This document shows, piece by piece, positions 12,575 through 25,340 of a stretch of 64,000 nucleotides of DNA; position 1 is the stretch's first letter, and every line of letters begins with the position of its first letter. Source of the stretch: Haliotis cracherodii (taxonomy: Eukaryota); contig NW_027266265.1 of the NCBI RefSeq assembly GCF_022045235.1, positions 16,988,001 to 17,052,000 of the forward strand, written 5' to 3'. The notes under the pieces were generated by a model. That model ran no database searches and had not been told where the DNA came from. It saw only the letters and a list, made by a program, of their open reading frames with translations. The position numbers and the translations under genes were made by a program.

Positions 12575-13125
12575 TGTCACCAGTCCCAAGCATTGACGCA
12601 TGCCACCAGGCCCCAGCATTGACGCATGCCACCAGGCCCCAGCATTGACGCATGCCACCAGGCCCCTGCATTGGCGCATGCCACCAGGAACCAGCAATGA
12701 CGCATGCCACCAGGCCCCAGCATTGACGCATGCCACCAGGCCCCTGCATTGACGCACGTCACCAGGCCCCAGCATTGACGCATGCCACCAGGCCCCAGCA
12801 TTGACGCACGACACCAGGCCCCAGCATTGACGCATGCCACAAGGCCCCAGCATTGACGCATGCCACCAGGCCCCAGCCTTGACGCACATCACCAGGTCCC
12901 AAGGGTGACGCACTTCACCAGGTCCCAGCACTGACGCACGTCACCAGGCCCATGCATTGACGCACGTCACCAGGCCCCAGCATTGACGCACGTCACCATG
13001 TCCCACTAGTGACGCATGCGACCACGTCTCAGAATTGCCGCACGGTTCCATGTCCCAGCACTGCCGCACGTCACCAGATAGTAGTGGTAGTGATGGTAGT
13101 GATGCATGCCAACAGGCCCCAGCGG
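12575..13125. repeat. 26-bp GC-rich minisatellite TGCCACCAGGCCCCAGCATTGACGCA
   Basis: About 19 units, degenerating toward the right. Confidence 0.93.
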
Positions 13126-13579
13126 TGCAAAACACTGTCAGACATTCCTTGTTGTATGATAAAACAGACACGCTGAATTCACATCAACTACATCATGCGC
13201 ATTATTTATTATAATGAATGAGGAAGATATATATATATATATATATATATTATATGCAGGTGCTTATATCCTGTTTAGTGAGGATCCTGGTGTCACATTA
13301 CTCGCCTATAGAAATGTTGCCAAAATGTACAGTATGCTCACGCTTAGAGCTTTCGCCAGGTTAAAACATCACAGCCCATAACACAGGTAAATATATATAA
13401 GTAGGATATTAACGCTTCTCCTTCTGTTCATCATAGTCATAGTTGGATTCAACTCATCATAACATTAGTTATAGAGAGACTAGACTCGAGTAGTTCTGTA
13501 TAGTATTTCAGCAATATGACCCTGTGTCAGCTCCATCCGGAAGTGATGCTGGTCTCTGACGTTAACTACTTTTGTGTCA

Positions 13580-13866
13580 CTCACGAGCACGGGCATTGTG
13601 CTGACAACGTAGAACATACAATGTAAAGTGATATGTAAGATTCGAATCCACAACCATAGGTGTCTGGCACACCTCTACACAGCGATCACCACGCCGAAGA
13701 CCCGGGTTCGATTCCCGACATGGGTACAATGTGTGAAGCCCATTTCTGGTGTCCCCCGCCGTGATATTGCTGGAATATTGCTAAAAGCGGCGTAAAACCA
13801 TACTCACTCACTCACTCTTCACAGCGAACTGTGGCGCCTTAGACGCATGGGCTACACGCGCCCCCT
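13580..13866. mobile_element. Nested SINEs: 5'-truncated family A (+, ~13686-13813) inserted into family B (-)
   Basis: Family B sequence is interrupted by the family A body and (CACT)n tail, which are flanked by a repeat of CTCT(A/T)CACAGCGA. Confidence 0.7.
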
Positions 13867-13998
13867 TCAATTTGTGAAATGTAGATGGATATTGCAGTTT
13901 TGACCATTAGAGACCAACCATTTGATGTTCCTTACACGAATTGTACGGGAGATATGTAGCAACTTCATACACATTTAGTCATAAAACATCTTGATTTG

Positions 13999-14255
13999 GA
14001 CCGCCTCTGTGGTCTAGTGGTAGAGCGTCCTCTCGGAGAGCGGAAGGTCCGGGGTTCGATCCCCGGCCTCGTCATACCAAAAGACGTTTAAAGATGGTAC
14101 TTGTTGTTACTATGTCTGGCGCTCGACATTAAGGGACTAAAACAAGGACTTGTCAGTATACTGTGTCTGATTCGGGTATTAATGTTAAGCTGCGGCATGG
14201 TATCTCAGTGAGCTAGCACTATAAATCAGCATTAGTCCGGACTAGTACAAGCACA
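13999..14255 (+). mobile_element. tRNA-derived SINE, Meta-domain-like (family C)
   Basis: A box TGGTCTAGTGG, B box GGTTCGATCC, then CGTCATACCAAAAGAC...CAGTGAGCTAGCACTATAAA. Confidence 0.75.
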
Positions 14256-14289
14256 ACGTCTGCGAGCCATTGGTATGCTTGAATATCTT

Positions 14290-15010
14290 CACAAACCGTA
14301 CGTCGTCGCATCAGATGTGCAGGGATTGTCACCAGAAGACCCACCAGACGTCCAATTTTGACAGGAAACCACCGTCAAGCACGTCTACAGTGGTGCCAAC
14401 AGCGTCTACGCTGGACGGCCATGCACTGGGGACAAGTTCTATTCACTGACGAGTCTCGTTTTCACCTCAGCCACAGCGATGGACGGATTCCAGTGTACCG
14501 ACGTCGAGGCGAATGTTACGTCAATCATTGTGTCATGGAAGAAGATCGGTTCGGGGGTGGTAGCGTTATGGTATGGGAAGGGATTACAGCAAGAGAGAGG
14601 ACCCGTTTGATAGTGGTAGAGGGAAATCTCAATGGACAGCGCAACCGCGACGAGATCATCGTCCCTGTTGTTCTACCGATTTTGCGTCCTCATGGCATTA
14701 CCTTTCAACGTGACAACGCCCGGCCTCATATTGCTCGACTTGTTCAGGATTCACTTCAACAAAACAACGTGAATGTCATCCCCTGGCCGGCTCGTTCCCC
14801 TGATCTCTCACCAATCGACCACATGTGAGATGAGATGGATCGGCGCCTTCGACGTCAACCACGTGTTCCACAGACACTCCAGGAACTTCGAAACATGCTC
14901 CAGCAGATATGGACAGATATCCCACAGGGCTTTGTGCGACGCCTGGCCCATTCCATGAGACGAAGATGAGTTGCTGGCATCGGAACCAGAGGTGGACACA
15001 CACGGTATTG
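14290..15010 (+). mobile_element. Degenerate Tc1/mariner transposase (pseudogene fragment)
   Basis: ORF 14358-14828 contains VLFTDESRF, GGGSVMVW, QRDNARPH and WPARSPDLSPID, followed by a stop. No N-terminus is visible. Confidence 0.9.
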
Positions 15011-15315
15011 ATTTGTAAATTGACATTTTGGCATGTTCATGTTTTTTATGAAATCAATATGGCAAATTAAACCATTTCAACACTTACAGGAGTCTTTTAT
15101 CTGTTGCAAACCGAAATTGTTTCAGATTTGGTAAAAAACATAACTTTGCATTAAATCTTATTCAATGTCACAGCAACCTTTGTTGTTCAGTATATTTAAA
15201 ATGAAAACATTTCCCCATACACAGTCACGTCCAAAACTACCTGTGTCTAGAGAAGTGGAAACGATAGCTTTCCCAACAAAAATTCGCATCCTAGATATCC
15301 TTATAATCTCATCTA

Positions 15316-15543
15316 AACTGCCGGGCAAAAGAAAGTATACATCCATGTTTGAGGTAAATTAAAAATGAAACAAACAAGAATTGGATATTCGATGGTGATG
15401 ATATTTGATACAGGTGTCATAGTTTCGGACCTCAAGGTTGCAGTATTTCGGCGACTGTTTCAGCCTAGTAACGTTTTGGTAACGTTTAGAATTGTTTGGT
15501 CATATCAAATCTTGAAGTGTAAACTTTCTTTTGCCCGGAAGTT
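15316..15543. mobile_element. Tc1-type MITE (~228 bp)
   Basis: TIRs AACTGCCGGGCAAAAGAAAGTATAC / GTAAACTTTCTTTTGCCCGGAAGTT flanked by TA. A related copy lies at 42165-42404. Confidence 0.75.
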
Positions 15544-15654
15544 TATTTACTTTACGAATAGATTTAACTTCTCCCCATATTACTTTCATTCCCTTTGGCC
15601 TTCTATTTTAAGAGTAAGAAATTAACCTTTCTCAATATATTTTCACATTCTTCG

Positions 15655-15925
15655 TTTGTTTGCTTGTTAATTTGACGCCACACTGACGCCACAGCAATAT
15701 TCCAGCTATATGGCGGCAGTTTGTAAATATCAGGACCAGACAATCCAGTGATTGACATCATGAACATCGATCGATTCACCTTGGATACAATGTCATCAAT
15801 GACAGGGATCAACCAAGTCAGTGAGTCTGACCAGCCGATCCCGTTAGTCGCCTCTTACGACAAGCATCGTCGCTTTTTACGGCAAGAATGGGTTGCTGAA
15901 GACACAATTCTACCCACGGGTCACA
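15655..15925 (-). mobile_element. SINE family D (non-tRNA head containing GTCGTAAGAGGCGACTAA; (AAAC)n tail)
   Basis: Homologous copies at 16295-16510, 28965-29200 and 51262-51440, plus a head fragment at 1-20. Confidence 0.7.
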
Positions 15926-16294
15926 TTCTTAGTAATAACATCATCACATAAGAGTCTTAATACACAGATCGATGCCTTGTATTGGTTTACAGACAACTAA
16001 TAACAGACAATCCGTTCCCCATACACCTTTATGTCCTTAATCTGTCTGCTAATTGTTCTCGAGTAAGAGGATTTAGTGCTTTCAACATGACTTCCGTTCT
16101 TGTATATACCATTATCTCGTCCATTTGTGAGTACAATGATAAACATTTCCTGATGTACCTTTACATCATCATTCAGCCCCGTCTTTTATTTGTTATGGAC
16201 TAAGAGGATCAACCTTACCCTTTTAGCCTCATCTTACATTAAAATGACTTCTATATTTAGAGGAAGAGGAGACGTAAGTAATCTGACAGAGAGT

Positions 16295-16510
16295 TTTTGT
16301 TTGTTTGTTGTTTAACGCTGCACTCAGCAATATCCCAGCTATATGATGGCGGTCTGTAAATAATCGAGTCTGGTCCAGACAATCCAGTGAATTGATATCG
16401 TGTTCATCGATCCACGCGATTGGGACCGATGACATGCATCAACCAAATCAGCGAGCCTGACCACCCGATCCCGTTTGTCGCCTCTCATTACAGGCAGAGT
16501 CGCCTTTTAC
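16295..16510 (-). mobile_element. SINE family D copy
   Basis: TTTGTTTGTTGTTTAACGCTGCACTCAGCAATATCCCAGCTATATG...CCGATCCCGTT. Confidence 0.7.
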
Positions 16511-17984
16511 TGACCATGACTTACAGTTACATGGAATAACGATTTTGAATTTACTGTCGCCATTGTTTGGCCTGTAAGTTTTGTCCCTTCTGCGTAAGGC
16601 ATGTGTGACAAATGCAAATATAAATATACTTCAGTTGATGGTGCACGATGATTAAGTTGATAGGTCAGACGTTATCAAGATACATATCATACTAGATAAG
16701 TATAACATTAAAACAAGGATTTAAGAGGGAACATGTCATAACTTGACCACTGTCAGCAACTGACTTCACTATGATGCCTTGTCAGAAACGGAAAGTGTTT
16801 TATAGTTTATTGTTAACATAACATCGGCAGCATTTATGCCGCGGGAACATATAACATACCAATAGTTGCAAACAATGTTGATAAAACCAGCTGTAACATG
16901 GAAAATACGTAACTATTCAACACGTTAAAGAATTGTCATTATACGCGACTATCGAATCCGAGAAAACTAAGAAGACCTGAAAAAGTAAAGAAACAACAAC
17001 TAGAGCTTTTCTGGACTTCCGCTTCCTGCACAAGGTTACCTGCGCGTGAACAGTCCACACAGTCTGGCAATCTGTGACTGTGAAATTTATGACAAAACAT
17101 GGCCGCATGCAAGGAGGTTCATCCTTCATAGTTTTAAACAACTATGTATTTAATGTAGAAAGCAAGGACATGGCGACTTCCGGGATGATGCTATCACGTC
17201 CTAGGTGAAAAACACATGGTTTATTATATAGGCTAATCAGTTGAAACGCCTCACTTTTGAGCACACTGACAATATGTTTTGTTTTTGAAATATGGTCAAC
17301 TAACATATCAGACATGTTCAAACGACTGACAAGAATCTCCTTTTCTTTCTTACACTTGCATGTTTCTGGTATAATCACCTTGAGAAAAATGACTAAAATC
17401 ACAGAAAAGGGCACATTGTTCTACTTTCAAGAGACATTTTTGTATGACCCAAGTCCGTGTCACAAGATGTATTTTGTACCATATGTGTGTACTGTCTTGA
17501 TCTACATTTCCTAAGACCATCAGCTTGGGTCAAAGCCTTTTCAATATTCGTTACCCTTGGTGCTGCTTAAAGTCCAAGAAATGCAAGTGTTGTGAAATTC
17601 TAATTTCCTAGATAACGTTTACAACAAGTTCAAAAGTTGTGCACATTTCAATAATTTTGCAGACCTTGTGAGCCAAAAATAGAGCATTATCATTCCTTGG
17701 CCTTTCTCTAGCAATCTCAATAAAAAGTAAAAATCCATTTTCAGTATGATAACGGATCTCCCGGGTTCTGATTATACAACCTTCTGTGTACATGTGGTAT
17801 CGACGATAACATCTGACATCTTATCTTAGTGGGCAAGCACTTACAACCATCATACGGCCGGTCTAGTACAAGCAGCTACACTCACAGGTACATACATGCA
17901 CGTGGCTATACAAGTGAAATTATCTTGGACACGACGTCAAAACGTCAATGGTTACCCATTTCACATCACTTGATCCTATGTTTA

Positions 17985-19595
17985 TGCTATACTTCATGGT
18001 TATGATAAATTACATGGTTATGATATACTTCATGTTTATTTTATACTACATGGATATGATATACTGAATAGTTAGAGATATACTGCATGGTTATGTTATA
18101 CTGCATGGATATGATATACTGCATAGTTATAGATATACTGCATGGTTATGTTATACTGCATGGATATGATATACTGCGTAGTTATAGATATACTGCATGG
18201 TTATGTTATACTGCCTGGATATGATATATTGCATAGTTATAGATATACTGCATGGTTATGTTATACTGCCTGGATATGATATACTGCATAGTTATAGATA
18301 TACTGCATGGTTATGTTATACTGCATGGATATGATATACTGCATAGTTATAGATATACTGCATGGTTATGATAAATTATACATACAGTATACTAAACGAG
18401 CTCCCGTTTAATACCGATTTTATGAAACGAGTGAATAGTTCTGGTATTTGACGAACGAAACCATAGTTATGATATACTACATGGTAACGATAAACTACAT
18501 ATGATATGATATTCTAAATGGTTATGATATACTACATTGTTATGCTTCACAACACGGTTATAATAAACTAAATAGTTACTATATACAACATGGTTATGAT
18601 ACGCTAGGAAGTTATGATATACCACATGGCTATGATATAATTTGTGGTTATGATATACTATGTAGTTATGATATACCACATGCACATGATATGCTTCAAG
18701 GTTATATTACACTACATGGTTATGATATACTTTATGGTTATGATATACTACACCGTTAAAATGATTTACATTGCAATGATATACTACCTGGTTACGATAT
18801 ACATGTACTAGGTAGGTAGGATATACTACATGATTGTGATAAACGACATGGCTATGCTATGGGTGTGGTTATGATATAGTACATGATATATACTACGTAC
18901 TTATGGTTTACTACATGGCTATTATATACTTCATGGTTATGATATACTACACTGTTATGATATTCAACCTGATTATGATATACTAAATGGCTATTACTTA
19001 CATTATGGTTATAATATTCTACATGTCTGTGATATACTACATGGTTATGGTACACTACATGGTTATGATATACTACATGGTCATGGTACAATACATGGTT
19101 ATGATATACTACATGGTCATGGTACAATACATAGTTATGATATACTTCATGGTTATGGTACAATACATGGTTACGATATACTACATGTTCATGTTATACG
19201 ACATGGTTACGATATACTACATGGTTATGGTATACGACATGGTTACGATATACTACATGGTTATGGTACAATACATGGTTACGATATACTACATGGTTAT
19301 GATATATTTTACGATATACTACATGGTTATGGTATACGACATGGTTACGATATACTACATTGTTATGGTACAATACATGGTTACGATATACTACATGGTC
19401 ATGTTATACGACATGGTTACGATATACTACATGGTTATAGTATACGACATGGTTACGATATACTACATGGTCATGGTACAATATATAGTTATGATATACT
19501 ACATGGTTATGGTACACTACATGGTTACGATATACTACATGGTTATGGTATACGACATGGTTACGATATACTACATTGTTATGGTACAATACATA
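17985..19595. repeat. 18-bp tandem repeat (array 2, same family as array 1)
   Basis: ATATACTACATGGTTATG variants. The array resumes after the Tc1 insertion at 21113. Confidence 0.9.
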
Positions 19596-21112
19596 AACTG
19601 ACGTCCGAAATATAAATTTCAGACAAAGCATAATTATTTTTTCGATGAAGTCTATCTAAAACACATAACCTAAATACAACAATAGTGTATGCAGAAAATG
19701 TTAATCGTCTTTTACATGTTTGCGAGATAAGACCCGAAAAAGTGAAAAACACGTGCAGCACGGACAACTGCAAAAGCACGTGCGGGTTAGGGTATAAAAC
19801 GATTGCAACGGCAAGTCAGACATCCACAGTGATAAAAAAAACACACAAAAGAAATGCCACGACTCACAGTCGAACAACGTGAACGGGTATGGTACAGATG
19901 GGAGCCATCAACGCCCATATTGTACGACCCTTCGGTTGCTCCCGTGTTGCCGTTACCAACTTGATGCAACGTTACAGACAGACAGGGCGGACCGCTGACA
20001 GGCCAAGAACAGGCAGACCCAGGGTGACCACGCCCCATGATGACCGGTACTTGCGTACCTTGCACCTCCGAAATCGATTCCTGACAGTGACGTCATCGGC
20101 GACACAGGCTTAGGTCACAGGGTTAGTCGACAGACAGTGGCCAGGAGACTCAGGGCGCATTGAATCAGGGCTTTGAGACCATACAGAGGACAGCTATTGA
20201 CAGCGCAACATCGTCGTCTGCGATTGAGATGGGCCCGGACTGTACGACGTTGGCAACGACGTGACTGGCAGAGGGTTGTCTTCACTGACGAAAGTCGATT
20301 CTGTATGTTTAGGGCTGATGGAAGACAACGTGTTTACCGCTGAAGGGGTGAACGAACGGCGGCGTATTGCGTGCAGGAGGTCGTACCATAGTGTGGAGGG
20401 AGTGTCATGGTGTGGGGTGGGATCTGTGGGCAGGAGAGGACACCGCTGGTCATCGTTGACGGAAATTTGACAGCTCAGCGTTACATGGATACCATTCTTC
20501 GTCCAGTTGTCCTGCCATTTCTCCAAAAGCAGCCATGTGGTGTCATATATCAGCATGACAACGCTAGAGCCCATACAGCCAGAATTGTCACTAACTTCCT
20601 CGCAGCCAACTACGTCAACGTCCTGCCGTGGCCTGCACGCTCACCCGACATGTCCCCCATAGAACACCTCTGGGACTTGATGGATCGTCGTGTTCGACAA
20701 CGACCACACTCTCCAGCCAACCGGCAAGAACTGATCTTGGCCCTCCAAGAAGAATGGCATCAAATCCCACGTGACCTCATCAGACGACTGACTTTTTCTG
20801 TGCGTCGAAGAGTTTTTGCGTGTATTGAGGCATTTGGTGGCCACAGACGCTACTAATGACTTGTTATTGAACTTGAGCGATTGTTTATGTACTCTGCCTA
20901 TTGTCCATGATTCTGAAAGCTCGAGTTTTGTACCACACCCAACTTTGGGGGGCTCCGACGTCATTCTCGGTCGCGGTATGATTGTCATTTTCTGTGTTGA
21001 TTATGTTGATATACTGATCTTCTCAATACACTTTACTTCATGCATGTATGTTTTGTTGTTTTTGAGCAAGAGTGATTTCAAACTCTGGTAAAGATTCTTT
21101 TGGGCGTCAGTT
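19596..21112 (+). mobile_element. Full-length but defective Tc1 (DD34E) transposon, 1517 bp
   Basis: TA|AACTGACGTCCGAAA...TTTGGGCGTCAGTT|TA. Transposase runs from MPRLT (19854) through the HTH, FTDESRF and HDNARAH...SPDMSPIEHLWD, with 34 residues between D and E. Stops and frameshifts are present. Confidence 0.93.
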
Positions 21113-21730
21113 TAGTTATGATATACTATATGGTTATGGTACACTACATGGTTACGATATACTACATGGTTATGGTACACTACATAGTTACGATATACTA
21201 CAAAGTTATGATATACTACATGGTTATGGTATACTACATGGTTACGATATACGACATGGTTATGGTACACGACATGCCAAGCTATACTCCGTAATTATGT
21301 TTATGTTTCTGCTATACTTCATGACTATATTGTACCTCATTGTTCTCTTATACTTCATGGGGGTGGTCGGGTAGCCTAGTGGTTAAAGCGTTCGCTCGTC
21401 GCGCCGAAGACCCGGGTTCGATTCCCGACATGGGTACAATGTGTGAAGCCCATTTGTGGTGTCCCCGCCGTGATATTGCTTGAATATTGCTAAAAGCGGC
21501 GTAAAACCATACTCACTCACTCTCACTCACTTATACTTCATGGCTATGGTTATGCCTTATGATTATGTTTTACGTCATGGCTATGTTATACCTGATAGTA
21601 ATGTTATACTTCATAGCATTGTTAGGCCTGATGGTTATGGTATACTTCATGGTTATGTTATACCTGGCAGTTATGTTTTATATGGCAATGATTTACTGCA
21701 ATGTCATGCTATACTTGATACTTATGCCTC
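21113..21730. repeat. Continuation of 18-bp array 2 (degenerate, interrupted by a SINE)
   Basis: TAGTTATGATATACTATATGG... resumes in phase after the Tc1 element. Confidence 0.8.
21359..21530 (+). mobile_element. tRNA-derived SINE family A, full length
   Basis: A box TAGCCTAGTGG, B box GGTTCGATTCC, (CACT)n tail, and a 14-bp TSD CTTATACTTCATGG. Confidence 0.88.
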
Positions 21731-22878
21731 ACTTCATTGTTAAGTTGTGATTCATGATTATGGCGGTACTATGAGGTTTTTTTGGGTTCATGTTCTATTT
21801 CGGAATGAGACACTGACATTGACAAATAGCAACCTGGGTGTCATAGAGCAGAATATATCATGCTGATGCAAGTACGTTGAGCAAACGCCTTATATCTGCA
21901 TCCCATTATGGTAAAACATATACAGTTCGTTCTAGCTAGAAGGATTTAGTTTCTTGAGAAGATGTATGCAAAGAAAAAACATTGACGAGGCAGAGATGGG
22001 ACAACAGCAGCTCACACATGATTTACTGTTGTGACAGAGGGAAAATGTTTTGCATGTATGCAAAGGTGTTCATCCTGTTTAGCCAGCTTCTTCACGTCAC
22101 ACTGACCCAACGCAGTCGTATAAATGTTTACCCTGAAACTTGTTGGACCAACACACAGTACTCTCACGCTTTGCAGGCTTTATAATGTTAGAGCATTTAC
22201 AGTCCATGAAACAGGTCAGTATGCTGTTGATATGTAAAGGTTTTCACTTGAATCGATATTTATCATTGCTTATTGTTAATCTCTACTGACCATAGAACTA
22301 GTTTGGAGGTATTACATTTATATATTAAAGTTTTGTCTGGACTAGCCGCCGACCACTCGGCAGCTCGAGCAAGTTGTATCTAAATCATTCAAAATCTGCA
22401 TTGTTTTTGTTTGTAAACTGAAATATTATAATACGTATTAACATATTACAGAAAAAAACCAGAGACAATATCTCAGTTCCACACAGTATATTTGCATGAA
22501 GCATAATTATTTTTCATTCCCCACCCCAACCCCAACCCCGAATAACAAATGGTTGACCCCTATTTCAGAAATGAAAACCTGAAGGCTAAAAAATTCTCGT
22601 CTCGTTTTTTATGAGGTATATAATTTTAGATCAGAGGCATTTCAATTGTGAAACATATTTATACTTTTTCGCTTTTCTATACATTTTAGAGTGAAAGGAG
22701 ACGTTACAATCTATGGGTCCTTTAGAAGCGCCTTGCAGCGTTGTCTCGGTGACACCGGCTACTCATATCAACGTTCCCTCTTCTTCACATTAAATGACGA
22801 TTCCGATAACCAAAGGCGAATTGCAGAGATACGGAGACTGTGTTAAAAGGCGGCAGTGAAACAAATAAAGAGTTCACA

Positions 22879-24813
22879 ATGTCATCAGGAATATACTTCA
22901 GGTTTTGGACAATGGTTATGCTTGGTGTGTCATTAGTTGACACTGCATATGGTACAAAACTTATGCCTCTTAAACGTCCCCCCTCTCCTACGTTCAAGAG
23001 AAATATGATCATGCCAGATGAATGGAAGGCAATGTGCAAGACCTCAAGCGACAAAACCAACAAATCATTTATCTCCATATATTGTCATGTGAACGTTGAG
23101 GATGTGTGGGACTTTAATCACTTCCGGAACTGGTCAGTTGTGTTGGATAATGACACCCTAGTGTCGCTGGATATAGTTTGTGAGGATGGAGCAAGAATCT
23201 GTCTTCCCTGGCCGTACAGAGAGGGACATCTGCACACGTTGAGGGTTACCAGGTGCACCAATACTTGCTACTACTCGGACTTCAATCGACCGGAAGTGTT
23301 GGATATCCCAGACTCACTGAGGGTATTTGAAGGTTATGATGTGACAGAGGAGAGGAAACTACTGGATATGTTGTCCATTGACATAAAGAGTTTACCGGCT
23401 CCTATGGTATGTGGCCCAATGCATCTGGAAGTCTTCATCTACAGACACAAGCAGCTTAAAATCCTATTTGACGAAGACAGCGAAGATTACCCACAACTTG
23501 AGGACCTCAACATTACTGACACGATCACGAAGAACACGCGCAATATGGATGATCTTGGTTATGTATGCAAATATGAAAATATGAGAGTCTTTGATAAAAG
23601 TCAACGGATCCGGGCTTCGTCTCTCCTTATCTATTCAAGTGTAGTCAACTCACGATTCCCCCAACTTCGAATACTAAATTTCTCAGATACTGAGTTGCAA
23701 GTATTTCCCCCAATTCTGGCAGTCTGGCGGCGTCACTTCGACAAGCTGCAAATTTTGGACCTTTCTCATAATAACATCTCCCGTTTTGAATTAAGAGATA
23801 CGAGCCTTCTCTCTCAAGATGTTGGAATTATAGATCTCAGGTTTAATGATATACGTAAAATTGGAGAAAAGGAAATTGAATCTTTTTCAAAAGTTGACGG
23901 AGTTGTGATTAATGTGAGAGACAATCCCTTTCAGTGTGACTGTGCTATGGGAAACTTCAGCATGTATCTTCAAAAGTATAGCAGTACAACTGAAGCTGGT
24001 ATAAACAGGGATTATGCATATCTCTGGGACTTAGAATGCGTCACCCCAGAGAAGTTTCGAGGTAAAAGGATCAGCGAGTTCACACGGAAGATATTATGTT
24101 CCACCGATATGACAGCCTACATATCTCAAATATCAGCCATATGTGTAACTGTGGTCATTTTCTTGATTTTCGTGATACTTTGTGTTCGATATAGAAAGGA
24201 AATAAGAATTTTGACTTTTACACGCTGCAACATTATTCTACCATGTCAGTCATTTGAACACTCAAGCAATAAGACATACGATGCTTTTGTGGCCTACAGT
24301 CATATTGATTCAGCGTGGGTTGTGAAGACCCTCCTCCCTCGACTAGAGAGTGGTTCCCCTGACGGAAATAACTTCCGGTTATGTCTTCACCAGCGAGACT
24401 TTGCAGTTGGCGCCGCTATAGCTGACAACATTTGTCAGAGCGTTGAGGCAAGCAGACACACTATCCTGGTGTTGTCTAGGAAGTTTCTGGAGAGCGAGTG
24501 GTGTTTGATGGAGTTCCGCACCGCCTTCCACCAGAGTCTCATTGAGAAGAAGAAACATCTGATTCTGGTCCTCCTTGAGGACATCCCCGTGAGTGAACTT
24601 GACGCGGACTTTCGGCGTTGTATGCAGACATGGACGTACATTCACATATCTGACAAACTTTTTTGGGACAGAATCGTTTATTCATTAACCGACAAAAGTA
24701 AACCGAAAAAGAAGACCTCCATCGCAAAAGACGTACCCACGCCTGGAAACAATGCTGAGAACATCGACGTTAAGATCTGTAGAAAGCCCCCAGAACAGTA
24801 TGACCTTTGTTAA
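22879..24813 (+). CDS. Toll-like receptor B
   Basis: First ATG (MSSGIYF...) in ORF 22840-24813. Signal-like leader, LRRs, NPFQCDC LRR-CT, TM and TIR. Candidate upstream intron 22215-22689 (CAG|GTCAGT ... TTTTAG|). Confidence 0.95.
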   Translation: MSSGIYFRFWTMVMLGVSLVDTAYGTKLMPLKRPPSPTFKRNMIMPDEWKAMCKTSSDKTNKSFISIYCHVNVEDVWDFNHFRNWSVVLDNDTLVSLDIVCEDGARICLPWPYREGHLHTLRVTRCTNTCYYSDFNRPEVLDIPDSLRVFEGYDVTEERKLLDMLSIDIKSLPAPMVCGPMHLEVFIYRHKQLKILFDEDSEDYPQLEDLNITDTITKNTRNMDDLGYVCKYENMRVFDKSQRIRASSLLIYSSVVNSRFPQLRILNFSDTELQVFPPILAVWRRHFDKLQILDLSHNNISRFELRDTSLLSQDVGIIDLRFNDIRKIGEKEIESFSKVDGVVINVRDNPFQCDCAMGNFSMYLQKYSSTTEAGINRDYAYLWDLECVTPEKFRGKRISEFTRKILCSTDMTAYISQISAICVTVVIFLIFVILCVRYRKEIRILTFTRCNIILPCQSFEHSSNKTYDAFVAYSHIDSAWVVKTLLPRLESGSPDGNNFRLCLHQRDFAVGAAIADNICQSVEASRHTILVLSRKFLESEWCLMEFRTAFHQSLIEKKKHLILVLLEDIPVSELDADFRRCMQTWTYIHISDKLFWDRIVYSLTDKSKPKKKTSIAKDVPTPGNNAENIDVKICRKPPEQYDLC

Positions 24814-25061
24814 CATACTAAATCATCTAATCATATCATTGATGTTTCATTCAAATGTAAATATAAGAAGATGAACTGGACTCAAATCTCTTGAACATGT
24901 ACACACTTGGGCACCGCGAACACCTGATGTCATCATTGATTTTCTGTGATGCTATGTTAATGCTATGTTGCCTTTATCGCCCAATGGAATATATTCCGGC
25001 AGATAATCGAGACTGTTTATTCTCTAGCGTTATCGTTTTATATTTGGTTTTGTTGTTTTAA

Positions 25062-25340
25062 TCCAAGGACAAAGGGTCAGCGGATTTGTAACAATGTAAA
25101 AATAATATATTCGTTGATCACTATACATAGTTGTACAATATAAATGACTGTTATCATCACGATTATATTGGCCTTTGTGTGTCTTTAACGTTATCCCTAA
25201 TTGTCCAAGGACAAAGGGTCAGCGGATTTGTAGCAATGTAAAAATAATATATTCGTTGATCACTATACATAGTTGTACAATATAAATGACTGTTATCATC
25301 ACGATTATATTGGCATTTGTGTGTCTTTAACGTTATCCCT
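25062..25340. repeat. ~137-bp tandem duplication downstream of TLR-B (offset 142 bp)
   Basis: TCCAAGGACAAAGGGTCAGCGG...GTTATCCCT occurs twice. Confidence 0.9.
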
